Below are positions 45,730-45,765 of a stretch of 45,765 bases of DNA, piece by piece; the first letter of the stretch is position 1, and each line of letters begins with the position of its first letter. The notes under the pieces are model-generated. The model saw nothing but the letters and a program-made list of their open reading frames with translations, did not search any database and had not been told where the DNA came from. The position numbers were made by a program, and so were the translations under genes. Source of the DNA: Paraphysomonas bandaiensis (Eukaryota; Protista; Chrysophyceae); the NCBI GenBank assembly GCA_965644295.1, contig CBFFRP010000417.1, positions 1 to 45,765 on the forward strand. The letters are read 5' to 3'.

Positions 45730-45765
45730 CCTGTGTTAACCTTTGCTGAGATTACGCGGGATTTC
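45730..45765 (-). repeat. Inverted copy of 40621-40656, cut by the window edge
   Basis: cctgtgttaacctttgctgagattacgcgggatttc vs reverse complement of 40621-40656, cccgtattcaccttcgctaagattgcgcgggatttc (30/36). Confidence 0.7.

Overview
Eukaryotic genomic DNA with the standard code and short 46-130 bp GT-AG introns. The gene content (PT-repeat/REJ giant protein with an RRL motif, Crinkler-type NTPase-nuclease) suggests a stramenopile, possibly a chrysophyte; this is inference. Left to right: (1) a 5'-truncated, intronless >14 kb gene for a polycystin-1/REJ-like multi-pass surface protein with duplicated lectin-like modules and mucin-like tandem arrays; (2) a 142-bp hAT MITE; (3) a 4-exon gene that splices into a TM + F-box + cytochrome b5 protein; (4) a complete 4.4-kb pogo/Fot1-like DD35D transposon in the divergent intergenic region between two genes; (5) a 6-exon TFxP-repeat coiled-coil gene; (6) TM9SF/EMP70; (7) a ~625-bp (TATG)n tract; (8) a pseudogenised P-loop NTPase + PD-(D/E)xK nuclease gene; (9) a 744-bp internally deleted hAT element; (10) a type II membrane protein; (11) an FN3-FN3-WW-HECT E3 ligase; (12) a 3-exon gene with a HeLo/MLKL-like N-terminus and EF-hand-like region; (13) two frameshifted, tail-to-tail, virus-like genes (one discoidin/F5-8C-like) at the right end. 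The 40.6-45.8 kb block is bracketed by an inverted repeat that runs off the window. No rRNA, tRNA or CRISPR array was recognised. All domain calls are by eye, without database searches.
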